Source: Nitrososphaeraceae archaeon
Lineage (GTDB): Archaea; Thermoproteota; Nitrososphaeria; Nitrososphaerales; Nitrososphaeraceae
Reading direction: 5' to 3'
Assembly: GCA_035297365.1 (NCBI GenBank)
Contig: DATGZA010000060.1
Span: 1-54,102, forward strand
Length of the DNA stretch: 54,102 bases
The position numbers and the translations under genes are program-made. This document shows, in pieces, positions 32,067 to 43,451 of the stretch. The notes under the pieces are model-generated. The model did not search any database. It was not told the DNA's origin and saw nothing but the letters and a program-made list of their open reading frames with translations. Positions within the stretch are counted from its first letter, which is position 1. The number at the start of each line of letters is the position of its first letter.

Positions 32067-33140
32067 TCATTTTTTGACATCATACACAATATTAAATGGG
32101 GTCTGTGCCGATCTCCTGAATCTACTAAAACCTGCCGATTTTATTATATCTCTTATTTTATTTTCACCTGCTTGAGCCCCTAGTGCAGGACCGTGATCCG
32201 CAACCGAATTCGGTACACATACGAGAGTTGAAGCAGCAAAGAAAGTCTTGCCAATTAAATTTAAATTATCTTCTAATTTATCATTTGCCATCGGTTCAAC
32301 TATCATGCAAGTTCCATCAGATTTTAGAGATTTCCAAGCCTGTTTCATAACCCCTACTGGGTCACCCATATCATGCAAACAATCAAAGAAAGTTATAAAA
32401 TCAAAGTCTCCTTCTAAGAATTCGTTGGCAGAATTAGTCATAAATTTTACCCGTCCTTCCAATCCCTCTAATCGGACTTGCTGATTAGCCTTTTCGATCG
32501 ATGGTAAATGATTATCGAAACCAAAGAAGATAGAATTAGGAAATTCCTTTGCCATAATGATAGTAGATATTCCGTATCCACAGCCAATATCAGCCACCTT
32601 AGCACCTTTTTCTAACTTTTCTTTTACTCCATCAAGCGATGGAATCCAGGATTTTACAAGATTTGAGATATAATTTGGTTTAAAAAAACGTGCAGTTCCT
32701 TCAAACAAGTCATTATGATGGTCACTCCATCTCAAACCCTTGCCAGTTTTGAACATATCAATGAATTTATCTTCATCTTTAAAGATAGAACGCATTACTT
32801 GATAAGCACCATGCAAATACACAGTACTATTATCATCGGCCAAAGCCATTGCATGTTCAGGTGGAAGAAAATATTTGCCGTTTTTCGGGTCATAATTTAC
32901 ATACCCGCTTGCCGCCTGATTTGCCAACCATTCTCGGACATACCTCTCATACGTATTAGTTTTTGATGCTAACTCTGAGGACGTAATGGGTCCAGATTTT
33001 GCCATAGCTTTGTATAATCCTAATTTCTCTCCAAGAATCACAAGCATCGCACTCATACTACTAGATATGTCCGCAAACGCTTTTTGCATGAATTCTTCAA
33101 GTTTCTTTTCAGAAATAGAACTATAAGAATTGGAATCCAT
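32067..33140 (-). CDS. SAM-dependent methyltransferase with N-terminal wHTH (Rv2258c-like)
   Basis: GEKLGLYKAM, ERYVREWL, VADIGCGYG, FDCLHDMGDP, LGAQAGE, TPFN. Confidence 0.88.
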   Translation of the reverse strand: MDSNSYSSISEKKLEEFMQKAFADISSSMSAMLVILGEKLGLYKAMAKSGPITSSELASKTNTYERYVREWLANQAASGYVNYDPKNGKYFLPPEHAMALADDNSTVYLHGAYQVMRSIFKDEDKFIDMFKTGKGLRWSDHHNDLFEGTARFFKPNYISNLVKSWIPSLDGVKEKLEKGAKVADIGCGYGISTIIMAKEFPNSIFFGFDNHLPSIEKANQQVRLEGLEGRVKFMTNSANEFLEGDFDFITFFDCLHDMGDPVGVMKQAWKSLKSDGTCMIVEPMANDKLEDNLNLIGKTFFAASTLVCVPNSVADHGPALGAQAGENKIRDIIKSAGFSRFRRSAQTPFNIVYDVKK

Positions 33141-33228
33141 AAAAAATATAACAAATTACTTTTATAAAAATATTTTAATTATAGAGTTTGAAAATAATCT
33201 CCATTGAACATCAATCAGTGCCAATATT

Positions 33229-33369
33229 TGGTATGTTGCACAACTATGAAAATCAATAACATGATATAAATTTTTGGCGGGAACAAATTGATAAAATAGA
33301 TTTCTTATAAGAATGTTGATCCATCTTTTTAGTCAAAATTGACTATAATCATAGTTGCAATACAAAGCA
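33229..33369. mobile_element. Degenerate MITE-like element, copy 2
   Basis: Inverted ends TGGTATGTTGCACAACTATGA / TCATAGTTGCAATACAAAGCA; interior similar to 23043-23180. Confidence 0.65.
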
Positions 33370-33589
33370 TCAATAAGTATTTCATAATATTATCGAGCTA
33401 ATCATTAGATTCAAGTCAAATAAATTTATTACACATAATTTTAGACATAATTATAAATGGTAAAATTTTAACTGAATTCAATTATCACATAGATTAAAAA
33501 GAAGAAAATAATATTTTTCTAGATTTTGAAAACATTTGATAATCTAATTCATCGATAATATTTATAATAGAATAACGATCAGACAACAT

Positions 33590-34873
33590 ATGGATGTTTT
33601 TCCATCACAAGATGAACGCTTGAATCCATTCTCCTTTTATGCTAAAATGCGAAGTCATCATCATATTGAATATGATTCTAAGAATGAAATATGGGGAATT
33701 TTTCGTTATTCTGATTCAAAGGAAGTTCTTTCTAACTATAAGATTTTTTCGTCTGACATTCAAAGATTAACTCTTCTACAAAACGAAAGAGAAAATGAAA
33801 AAAAGAGAAGCAAGGCTAAGAATAAAAACGATCAAGATAAATATAGTAAAAATGTTGAAGTACAGACAGTAAGGCCTAGTATTCTTACATTAGATCCACC
33901 TCTTCAAAGACAATTACGGAATGTCATATCTTCTGCTTTTACTCCAAACACTATATATAACTTAAAACCAAAAATAGAACAGACTACAAATAATCTGTTA
34001 GATCAAGTTATCGAAAGAGGTCAAATGGATGTCATAGCGGATTTAGCTTATCCTTTACCTGTAACCATTATTGCGGAACTACTTGGTGTTCCTTATAGAG
34101 ATCATGATTTATTTAGGCAATGGGCAGATAGATTACTTGGTCCAAATACAAATACGACTAATTTTCTCGATAGAAATTTAGAGCCACTTTTCAAAAAAGT
34201 TCAGATTGAAATGGATTCTTATTTCCATATCATCATAGAAAAAAGAAAGTTAAATCCTCAAAATGATCTTATTTCAAATTTGATAAAAGCTACAGTAGAT
34301 AATAGAAGATTATCGCAAGATGAAATCCTTGCATTCTGTTCGCTCCTGTTGCTAGCTGGCCACGTAACCACGGTAAACCTTATAGGCAATACAATTCGAT
34401 CATTACTTGATTATCCTAAACAATTTAGGAAATTAAAAGATGAACAAAACTCCTTGATACCGTTAGCAATAGAAGAAACCTTACGCTATAGGTCCCCCGT
34501 TCAAGCACTTTTTCGTTTTTTAATCAAAGATTCAGTTTTTCATGGACATAAAATGAAAAAAGGAGAAAGGGTAATAATATGGATAGGCTCTGCTAATCAT
34601 GATGAAAGAATCTTTCGAAATTCTGAAGAATTCGATATTAATAGAACCCCTAACGATCACATAGCTTTCGGACATGGAATCCACTTTTGTTTAGGTTCAA
34701 CTTTAGCGAAGCTAGAAGCCCAGATAGTGTTGAGAAAAGTAATAGAAAGATTAGAGGATTTAGGATTTGCTGATGATTATAGTGAGGACTCTTTGAAACC
34801 TCTCTATGATGTATTTTTACATGGAGTCAGTAATATTCCAGTAAAGTTTCGATCACTGCGAATAGCCAAATAG
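33590..34873 (+). CDS. Cytochrome P450
   Basis: LDPP, I-helix LLLAGHVTT, EETLR, SANHDE, heme motif FGHGIHFCLG. Confidence 0.95.
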   Translation: MDVFPSQDERLNPFSFYAKMRSHHHIEYDSKNEIWGIFRYSDSKEVLSNYKIFSSDIQRLTLLQNERENEKKRSKAKNKNDQDKYSKNVEVQTVRPSILTLDPPLQRQLRNVISSAFTPNTIYNLKPKIEQTTNNLLDQVIERGQMDVIADLAYPLPVTIIAELLGVPYRDHDLFRQWADRLLGPNTNTTNFLDRNLEPLFKKVQIEMDSYFHIIIEKRKLNPQNDLISNLIKATVDNRRLSQDEILAFCSLLLLAGHVTTVNLIGNTIRSLLDYPKQFRKLKDEQNSLIPLAIEETLRYRSPVQALFRFLIKDSVFHGHKMKKGERVIIWIGSANHDERIFRNSEEFDINRTPNDHIAFGHGIHFCLGSTLAKLEAQIVLRKVIERLEDLGFADDYSEDSLKPLYDVFLHGVSNIPVKFRSLRIAK

Positions 34874-35593
34874 AAAAAGCCTGTTTGATATATCTATTTT
34901 ATTGAATTTAGGAAAATAAGATCTTTCATAAAAACTATATGATACTGGTATAATGAAGTATTGCAATGTATATAGAAATAAAATTATAAAAAATCTTTCC
35001 ATACCATTGAAAATTAACCCAAGAACTGTTATCTGATACATAATACGCAGAACACTAAAGATTATCATGTCTTCTAATTAGTAACGTGTAAACTAATTAT
35101 CTGTTGAAATTATTAATTGACCTGTAAAATATTCCCGAAATTTATAGGAGAACGAAATTCTACTTTAGCATCGAACTGCCGGAAATGGGGTTCTGCAACA
35201 AATGGAGATCTTTTATTGCTTACACAATATGCAAAATTAAATGAAAGTTCTTTCGCCTTATATTTCTGTAGGATAGGCTCAAAACACATTCATTTATAAT
35301 CTCTATTCAAGAAAATTTAAAAAATTAGGATTAATTCCTATCTTGCTACTGCGATATAAGGAAATCAATACCTTAAAAATAAACCCCATTTCTTGATCCT
35401 ACTTTAAAACTAACATTACTAAGATTTTTGCAAATAATATCTTCAAGTTGTATATCGATTAACTAGATTTTTTGTAAACGGTGCAAATTAATTTTATAAA
35501 GTATATAAAATTGATAACATAATCAAGAAAAAGTTCAACGTACTCTTGCTTTCTATTTTAAAGGATTTTAATTATTATAAAAAAATGAGATTG

Positions 35594-36400
35594 CTATCTA
35601 CCTAAAATATAGATAACACTCACACTCACGGAAACTTCGTGTTCACCTTCTAGAATTGGAGTTGATGAATCTGCCTCAGAACCTATAGATTTCGCAGTAA
35701 ATGAAGGTCCAGGAAATGGCATTATAGGAGGAGGTGATCCAATCCCTCCAACTGCTATTGATTTGATTCCAACTATATTCATTCCTGCTGCAGAAGCAAC
35801 TATATCTGCTTTCATTTTGGCTTTAGTTACAGATTCTTTCAATAAACTATCCTTGATCTCTTCAAGTTTCGAATCCGATAAGCTAAAATAAACATTATTG
35901 ATATTGTTTGCACCAGCTTTTACTGCGGTATCTATCCATCTTGAAACTTGATCGATATGTGGGCTATCTACTTGAATCGAATTGGATACAGTAAAACCAG
36001 TAAGATCTCCGCGAGATCCGTATTGAGAATAATTATAGTTGGGATTTATGGTAAATGAAGATGTACTTGTTTCATTATCCTGCACACCTGCTTCTTTTAA
36101 GTTAGTAAGAACTTTATTCATAAGGTTAGTATTGGAAGATAAAGCTTCTTCGGCCGTGCTATTTGTAGTCTCGACTCCAAGAGAAACGATTACCTTATCT
36201 GACTTTGCATGACTAATCGCAGATCCAGTAACAAACAAAGTACTATTCGGTAAATCTGAGGCAGGCAACTCTGCATACGTAAGAATATCGTCTTGGATTA
36301 CAGAGACAAATAATGCAAATGCCAAAACAAAAACGCCTGTAAATAGTGTTGCTGATATTACTCTCTTTTGTGAATTATCAATCGTCTTTTTTTTATTCAT
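35594..36400 (-). CDS. SIMPL (DUF541) domain protein
   Basis: N-terminal TM; VTGSA, LGVET, IDTAVKAGANNI, V.VSVSVIY. Confidence 0.85.
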   Translation of the reverse strand: MNKKKTIDNSQKRVISATLFTGVFVLAFALFVSVIQDDILTYAELPASDLPNSTLFVTGSAISHAKSDKVIVSLGVETTNSTAEEALSSNTNLMNKVLTNLKEAGVQDNETSTSSFTINPNYNYSQYGSRGDLTGFTVSNSIQVDSPHIDQVSRWIDTAVKAGANNINNVYFSLSDSKLEEIKDSLLKESVTKAKMKADIVASAAGMNIVGIKSIAVGGIGSPPPIMPFPGPSFTAKSIGSEADSSTPILEGEHEVSVSVSVIYILGR

Positions 36401-36974
36401 TAATACATATTTAGATTGAGCTTATATGAAAGATTTGCCCAAGGAATTTAATCCAATCTAAAATCATGCTTTAAATATATGCCAGAACTATTTTACCTAT
36501 TCATAGATGTAAATTTAGTTAATATTATAACATGGAAATATCAATAATTAGAGGATATTGAAAGAATTGGATTACACTTTTTTCATTGCTGTGCTAATGG
36601 ATAATTACACGGACTAGTTTTTTAATCTATCAAAATATACAGTTTGATAATAAAAGATAACCCAAATATTGTTTAATAAACATTCAAATTGATGAGTCAA
36701 GTAGAATTATTAAAATAAGTTAGCATATATTTTTTTAATACTTATCCAATTCGAAACTACGAAATGTTTTTAGTATTTCCTGAAAATTAATTACATTAAT
36801 CCAAATAAATTATTATAATTCTATTCATTTCACATGACAGTCAACCTAAGTCGTGGAAATAAATAATATACATCAAATCTATTTCAGAATTTTTTTAGTA
36901 ATTTTCTATATTAAGGAAAATGTTTTACGTTAACATGTCTCTTGTTGTTATTTTTACCAACTTTTTTCCTCGAC

Positions 36975-37247
36975 CTACTTAAAATAACAGCTATCACATT
37001 TATCAGAAGAGTGTATTGTTCCAATTTTACCACAGACCCTGCAATGTTTTTCGGTGTTTATGGTAGCGTCATGAGACTTAACACGTTGTAAACAATGTCC
37101 GCATATAGGAGCATCCATCGAATAGCTTGATAAGAAGCCCTCATTGCATTGATTGCATTTCAAACTATATATTTTTCCTTTTGGCTTCCACATCTTTCTC
37201 CTAATCCAATTTATTACCATCTTCATAAGTGGAGAGATAGTCAGCAT
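36975..37247 (-). CDS. Small Cys-rich Zn-finger protein
   Basis: Four CxxC pairs; start uncertain (possibly MWKPKG). Confidence 0.7.
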   Translation of the reverse strand: MLTISPLMKMVINWIRRKMWKPKGKIYSLKCNQCNEGFLSSYSMDAPICGHCLQRVKSHDATINTEKHCRVCGKIGTIHSSDKCDSCYFK

Positions 37248-37588
37248 TTTATATAATTAACCTTTATTGATTGCTAGTTGCGAAATATACCTGCTGATAC
37301 TTGGGGTTATTTTTAAAAAGAAATATAAAAGTACTTTAACAATTGAGGGCAACTAATATCACTAACAAGACTTTTTATTATCTTCTTTGGTAGATTTTCG
37401 TCGATATTCCAGTTATAGATATCTTAAGCATCGTTGTTCTATCGACTCTTGCAGATATGATTCAGCGAAGATTTGGTAAAGGTATAGCAGTTGGCTACTT
37501 TCGTTATTCCTCTATAAACTCTTTTTGTTTCTCACATGAAATTAAAATATTTTAATGAAATGTGACATGTAGTTTTGTATGGGTTTTT

Positions 37589-39193
37589 TCAGTTACTTGA
37601 AAGCTGGCCGGTTAATTTGTCCAATTGTAACTTTCCGGCCTCATGTACAGTTGAAAAATTAAACATGTCATTTATTGAACCTGCAATAGAATCAAACGAT
37701 AAATCACCGATTTGTGCTAGTTGCCAATTATCTTCAATGAATTTTATAATAGAAGATTGGTCAATAACATGATGACTAACATAATTTTCCTTTGAAAAGG
37801 GCGATATTACAAGCATTGGTAATCTCAACCCGTATCCACATCTACCATCATAATTTTTTTCATCAATGGAATTACCACAGAGAAGATCGGCTCCAGAAAG
37901 AAGATCATATCCGGGAAGATCAGAATTCATAATTATTGGAGGCATCTCATGATCGTACCATCCACCTGAATCATCATATGCAATTATTATTGCCATTTCG
38001 TTCCACTCAGGTGATTCTTGCAATCTATTAATTGTACTTGTAATAAATACTTGTTCATCAAAAGGATCAGAGTATCCAGAATGCCCATTCTGATATGCTG
38101 GTGGTTTTAAGAAACTAATGTATGGAATATTTTGGGTATCTAAAGCATTCCAAAAGTCGGATATGTCGTATTGATGATTAGCTTGATCTGTATGACCTAT
38201 CATATGTACAGCACTTGGCGGGAGGTGATGAGCGTTAGATGTCGATCTGAAATATTGGAATGGTTCGTGATGTACAACATAATCTGTAATGTTCTTCCCA
38301 ACTATATTTTGGTGTGAAGAATTACATTCTGCTTTTCTATTCTTAGTAGAATTTTTATCTTCTGAAATCCAATTAGTTGGCTTAAACCCGCCTTGGAACC
38401 ATCCCCAAGTAATATTTTTTTTATTTAATAGATCTCCTATATTCTTGCCGTCTAAGGAAATAGTTTGACCTTCTGAACAATCATCATAGAGAGAATCTAA
38501 ATCATTTATCACTGTACCATTAACTACAAGGCTCTTAATGTTTGAAGGCGAAGCACCATGTGTTTGTCCTGAAATAAGATTGAGATGTCCTGGAAGGGAC
38601 GGACCGAGAATAGAACTATGGAATGAGTCACTCATAGCGTAATGTTGTGCATAATTCCATAACGCTGTAACGGTATTGCCGTCAAAGTAACCCATGACTT
38701 GCGCAGAATCGCAATTACCATAATTTTGTGCAGGAGATTGTACAAATTTGTTCATAAGACCACTATTAAGTGACCTTTGTATTGCAGTATAAGTATGGTT
38801 ATTTCCACATTCAGCAATCTTGGTTGCAAAAGAGGGCTCAAGACGATATGGTTTAACCAAATTTGTGTTATTCAGAATAAGTGCTTCTGTTAAACCATTT
38901 ACAGAAGGAGTATCTTTTAATGGAATGAATGTTGACTCTCCTTCTTGGTTTTCAGAGTTTGGATATGTAGCAAAATAATGATCAAATGAATTATTTTCCT
39001 GAAATATAACTACAATATATTTTATACGTGTTGTGGTAATAGGGATAGAATCTAATAATGTTGAAGAATTAGTTACGTTTTCAGATTTTTGTGACGTATC
39101 AATTGTTTGAGCAAAACTGTTTGAAAAAGTTATGGTAGAAAACATTGATAAGATAAAGACAAATATAACATATAAAGTAAAATATTTTTTCAT
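37589..39193 (-). CDS. Secreted phosphoesterase (acid phosphatase AcpA / phospholipase C superfamily)
   Basis: Signal peptide; IFQENNSFDHYF, MGYFD, GPSLPGH, HHEPFQY, YDDSGGWYDH, G.RLP.LVISP. Confidence 0.9.
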   Translation of the reverse strand: MKKYFTLYVIFVFILSMFSTITFSNSFAQTIDTSQKSENVTNSSTLLDSIPITTTRIKYIVVIFQENNSFDHYFATYPNSENQEGESTFIPLKDTPSVNGLTEALILNNTNLVKPYRLEPSFATKIAECGNNHTYTAIQRSLNSGLMNKFVQSPAQNYGNCDSAQVMGYFDGNTVTALWNYAQHYAMSDSFHSSILGPSLPGHLNLISGQTHGASPSNIKSLVVNGTVINDLDSLYDDCSEGQTISLDGKNIGDLLNKKNITWGWFQGGFKPTNWISEDKNSTKNRKAECNSSHQNIVGKNITDYVVHHEPFQYFRSTSNAHHLPPSAVHMIGHTDQANHQYDISDFWNALDTQNIPYISFLKPPAYQNGHSGYSDPFDEQVFITSTINRLQESPEWNEMAIIIAYDDSGGWYDHEMPPIIMNSDLPGYDLLSGADLLCGNSIDEKNYDGRCGYGLRLPMLVISPFSKENYVSHHVIDQSSIIKFIEDNWQLAQIGDLSFDSIAGSINDMFNFSTVHEAGKLQLDKLTGQLSSN

Positions 39194-39423
39194 TTCAAAC
39201 TTCTAACAATGGAGGTATTAATAAAGTTTTATTTTTATTAAGTGTTTACATAAATTTATTATGCAATATGTTGAACCGTCAATATTGAATGTTGATATCT
39301 AGGGGACAAGAGGTGAACTCAATATTATGTGTCTTTAATAAATATGTTAACAATATTGAATTAAAATTAGATTTACTCTTATGAAGTAGATTTTCTTCGT
39401 AAGATAAATACTAAATTGATATT

Positions 39424-40614
39424 CTATTTCATCAGATGTTGTTTCATTACTTGTTTCATGGTTTGAGTTACGATTGGTAGTATCCTTTGGTCATTAATTT
39501 GTGGAATTATATAATTTTCATCAAGATGTTGTTTATCAACCAATCCTGCAATTGATTGAGCCACAGTAACAAGTAGATCTTCACTTAAATACTTTATACG
39601 TAGATCTAGTAAAGCTCTAAGAACAGAAGGAAAGATAGTAGCGTTATTAATTTGATTAGGAAAATCTGACCTTCCAGTGGCAACTATTTTAGCACCTGCT
39701 TTTATTGCATCATCTGGAAATATTTCTGGATCTGGATTGCTTAAGGCAAATATTATCGGATTTAAGTTCATCGATTTTACCATTTGACTGGTTAAAACTT
39801 TAGCTTTTCCTGAAACTCCGATAAAAACGTCAGCTCCTTTTAACACATCATCTAGATTTCCCTTTATTTTTCCAAGATTAGTTTTGGTTGCTATTTCTTG
39901 TTTATATGGATTGCCGGTTAGGTGATCACGTCCCTCATAAATAGATCCGTGACTATCCACTACGACAATATTTGTACATCCTGCTGCATGAAGAATCTTA
40001 TATATACCATAACCAGCAGAGCCAGCACCTAATATTACCACAAGGATATCTTTCAATTTTTTCTCCGATAAAGTGAGAGCATTAATTAATGCAGATAAAG
40101 TAATAATTGCTGTGCCATGTTGATCATCATGAAAAACAGGTAGAGAAATTTCATGTTTTAATCGTTCTACAATATCTAAAACTTTGGGTGATTCGATATC
40201 TTCAATGTTAATCGCTCCAAACATCGGTTCAACAGATTTTACAAATTTTATTATCTCTTCCTTATTTTGTGTAGCGATACATAATGGGATTGCGTTTATT
40301 CCACCTAATAACTTAAAAAGGACAGATTTTCCTTCCATAACTGGAATTGCAGCCTCAGGTCCTATATTGCCTAAACCCAAAACACGTGTACCGTCACATA
40401 TTATTGCAACATTATTCCATTTAGAAGTATATTCATACGCTAATTCCTTATCTGTACTTATTTCTTTCGCAACATATGCAACACCAGGAGTATATATCAA
40501 ATTGATAAGACCATTTTCTTTTTCAAACATATTTTCTACAGGAACACGATTATGAATCTCTATTTTACCTTTAAGCATTCTATGTAGGTTTAACGAGTCT
40601 TCTCTAATATTCAA
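39424..40614 (-). CDS. NAD(P)-dependent malic enzyme
   Basis: YTPGVA, DGTRVLGLGNIG, PVMEGK, PVFHDDQHGTA, GAGSAG, ALSNPDPE, ATGRSDFPNQINN. Confidence 0.93.
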   Translation of the reverse strand: MNIREDSLNLHRMLKGKIEIHNRVPVENMFEKENGLINLIYTPGVAYVAKEISTDKELAYEYTSKWNNVAIICDGTRVLGLGNIGPEAAIPVMEGKSVLFKLLGGINAIPLCIATQNKEEIIKFVKSVEPMFGAINIEDIESPKVLDIVERLKHEISLPVFHDDQHGTAIITLSALINALTLSEKKLKDILVVILGAGSAGYGIYKILHAAGCTNIVVVDSHGSIYEGRDHLTGNPYKQEIATKTNLGKIKGNLDDVLKGADVFIGVSGKAKVLTSQMVKSMNLNPIIFALSNPDPEIFPDDAIKAGAKIVATGRSDFPNQINNATIFPSVLRALLDLRIKYLSEDLLVTVAQSIAGLVDKQHLDENYIIPQINDQRILPIVTQTMKQVMKQHLMK

Positions 40615-41583
40615 ACAAGAACAGGTTATCAGTAATACTATTATTATTTTGCTAAAAAAAGAAATGATTTTTTGATATTAGTCTTGTCGAATGGTAAAAA
40701 TATTTAGCAATATTTATTTCAAAATTCCTTGTTAACATCTAAAATCTTTATAAAATTTACAGTTTATCTTTCGATGTGTTTAAAGATTGATCTTGAAACG
40801 ATTATAACCTTACTGAAATGAATTTATGATGTGGATTAATCGAATCCTTACTTTTTCTAAAATTTCAGGTTTATCTATAACAAGAATCGAAATAACTCAA
40901 TATAAATTTCCTCTTAATAATCTCTAGGGATCCGATTTGACCAAAATAAGATATTACACTATTACACTGTTTTGTTACTCGTTTCTTAGATTTTTAGTTT
41001 ATTGTATCGTATACTTAACATTTTGAAGCTATGATACTCATTCAAACATAAAAGGAATCGAGTTTTCAACACATCATTTGAAGAAACTCTGAGGTTATCT
41101 AAGTCATAACAAACATTGAATATACATATCATAATAATATAGATATGAAACAATTATCGAGTTTTTTATAACATCATAAAATTATATCAAGATCTCTTTT
41201 TGTAGGCATTAATAAGAATAGATCTAGAAAGTAATCACAAAAGAGTGATCCATACTACTATTTTTGTATTTTGTCACATACTTTGTTTGTATTTTCCTTA
41301 CATTTTGGACTATGTCGCCAGCTTCCATTCATAAAGTATTCAAGGTGTTTATCTTTGTTATTATCAAATACAACTCGAGTCTCACCATTTTTTGATGATT
41401 TGAATTTACTAAAAATTTCTATTTTTTTCATAATATTTTATTATTTAATGATAATAAGAACGTTGATAGGCAATTTTATTCTCTTTTCGTCGTTGTATAA
41501 ATAAAGATTAACAATAATTTCGAATTTTGTAGAAATTTACTCTAAAAAAGGTCATATTATATATCCCTTATTTATAAATAATA

Positions 41584-41904
41584 ATGGTCATTTTGATACC
41601 AAATAATTATCCTATGAGAGAATGGCATGTAAAAAATATGGAAAAAACAGTTGTTAAATATTTGACAGGTCTTCCAGAAAATGCTTCTCCATATCAGAAA
41701 CGACTTTTCAAAAAATATGGTGGTTTTAATAAAGTTTGTAATCGTATCAAATACGATATAAAACACGGTGTAAAAAATGAGGAAATTGTTTTATTTTTAG
41801 AAAAAATAAAAACTGATTCAGATTTTTCTGATTTAAGAAAATTAGAAGGTTATCCAGATAGAATAAACGAGATTGAGACAAAGTTTAATGACATACATTT
41901 TTAA
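41584..41904 (+). CDS. Conserved hypothetical protein, paralogue of 17391-17720
   Basis: NNYPMREWHVKNMEKTVVKYLTGL...YDIKHGV. Confidence 0.8.
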   Translation: MVILIPNNYPMREWHVKNMEKTVVKYLTGLPENASPYQKRLFKKYGGFNKVCNRIKYDIKHGVKNEEIVLFLEKIKTDSDFSDLRKLEGYPDRINEIETKFNDIHF

Positions 41905-41957
41905 CAAGGTAATAGAAATCAAATCTGAAAATTTGAATACTATAAACGGTTTTTAAA

Positions 41958-42176
41958 ATGACATGTAAGGGCATATGCTTACGACACAAAGCATTAAAAC
42001 CTAAAAATGGTCAGCGTTACATATTAGGTCAAAAACGTTGTCAGATATGCAATATTTTCATTATGTGGCCTATTGCAACATGTCCTTGTTGTGGAGGACG
42101 GTTAAGAACTAGACCACGAAATGGAAAGTACAAATCGATGTTAAATGAAAGTATAATACACAGTCGGATATTGTAG
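41958..42176 (+). CDS. Small basic Cys-rich protein of a type common in Nitrososphaerota
   Basis: MTCKGIC.RHKA, GQKRCQIC, CPCCG.RLRTRPR. Confidence 0.8.
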   Translation: MTCKGICLRHKALKPKNGQRYILGQKRCQICNIFIMWPIATCPCCGGRLRTRPRNGKYKSMLNESIIHSRIL

Positions 42177-43343
42177 GTAGTAGTCTCCTTAAATAATACC
42201 TTAGGTGCAATTTAATATTCAATTTATTACAAATTCCAGAACCAGAATAGAAATATTCAAGATATTTTGTATAAGTAGAAAGCTTAAAGCGATATTTCTT
42301 TTCTCTACCACAATTGTTTATAGATTTCCTTAATCATCATAGATTATTGTTTAGATCATTTACTGGATTGGAATCATCTGAATTTGATTCTATTTCCAAT
42401 GAAATAGAATCAAAATATCCAAAATAGGAGATAAAACGTTTGTTTAAGCAAAAGAACAAGATCGTTAGATGCAGGAAGACATTTCAAAGATTCAGCTGAA
42501 GTCAGATTCATAATGTTTCTTGTGCTTTACAAATAATACATAATTGACTTTTTCATATAAGGATTCTTGTTTGAGTTAGATCAATGCAATGTATATAGAG
42601 ATATACGATATATTGAACTTCCAGTAAGAAGCCGTGTTCCGCTGCCTCAAAATCTATACAATCCTACAACAGGATCAAGAACAGTAGGCGGAAGATATTT
42701 CATCTTAACGATACTACCTATTATCTATTCTGACGTAAAATGTATTTACCATTGTAAAATATATCAGTACACTTATGACAGATGCCAGGATACCACATAC
42801 ATACTTTCAAGATTAATCTCGATGCCATTGCTCTTGAAGTTTAGCTCTGAACATTTCACCACAGAGCCATAATTAACATGAATTTTTTACAGAACTCAAA
42901 ATAAATGTCGACAATTTTGCTAGGTAACATATCAAAAATAGAGTTTACCTCGGCAGAAAATATTTTTGATATGGATTATTTGATTATGATTATGATTATG
43001 TAACCGATTGTTATTATTATTCGCTATACTCTAAAGTCGATCCCAGAAAATACAAATATAATACATACAAACTTATCTTACCTAATGTTCTCTCAATTTC
43101 GGATAAACTTAAATATGGCAGGATATTCTCAGCTTTAGTCTTTCCTCTGCTCAACCTAATAATACGTCGAGATAATTATATATACATTTAAAGAAATACT
43201 TTTTGGAGCTTATAATAGATACATATATGATTAAAATTATTCCAAAGTACGAGGATCATACTTTAATAAGACAAATATGTTAATAATATTAAAAAATAAA
43301 TGTTATATTAATACGTTGTAGTATCAATGCATCTTAATAAAAG

Positions 43344-43361
43344 TTTTTCGGCGCCGAAAAA
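43344..43361. promoter_or_regulatory. Palindromic operator-like site, copy 1
   Basis: Perfect palindrome TTTTTCGGCGCCGAAAAA about 90 bp upstream of the 88-aa gene. Confidence 0.7.
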
Positions 43362-43451
43362 TTGCTTGATGAGATTTAGAATTTTGATAATATATATAAT
43401 TAGTATATAATTAGAGGATCAAATTTAAATATGTGACTCATTATTAGTTAA

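Noticed and set aside
33271-33283. TTTTTGGCGGGAA resembling a eukaryotic E2F site (also loosely the island palindrome)
   Set aside because: Lies inside the MITE-like relic and is not conserved in the other copy; no basis for an E2F-type factor.
42567-42872. 101-aa ORF and surrounding sequence as a gene
   Set aside because: No recognisable motifs in the frames I read; may be decayed coding DNA but cannot be supported.
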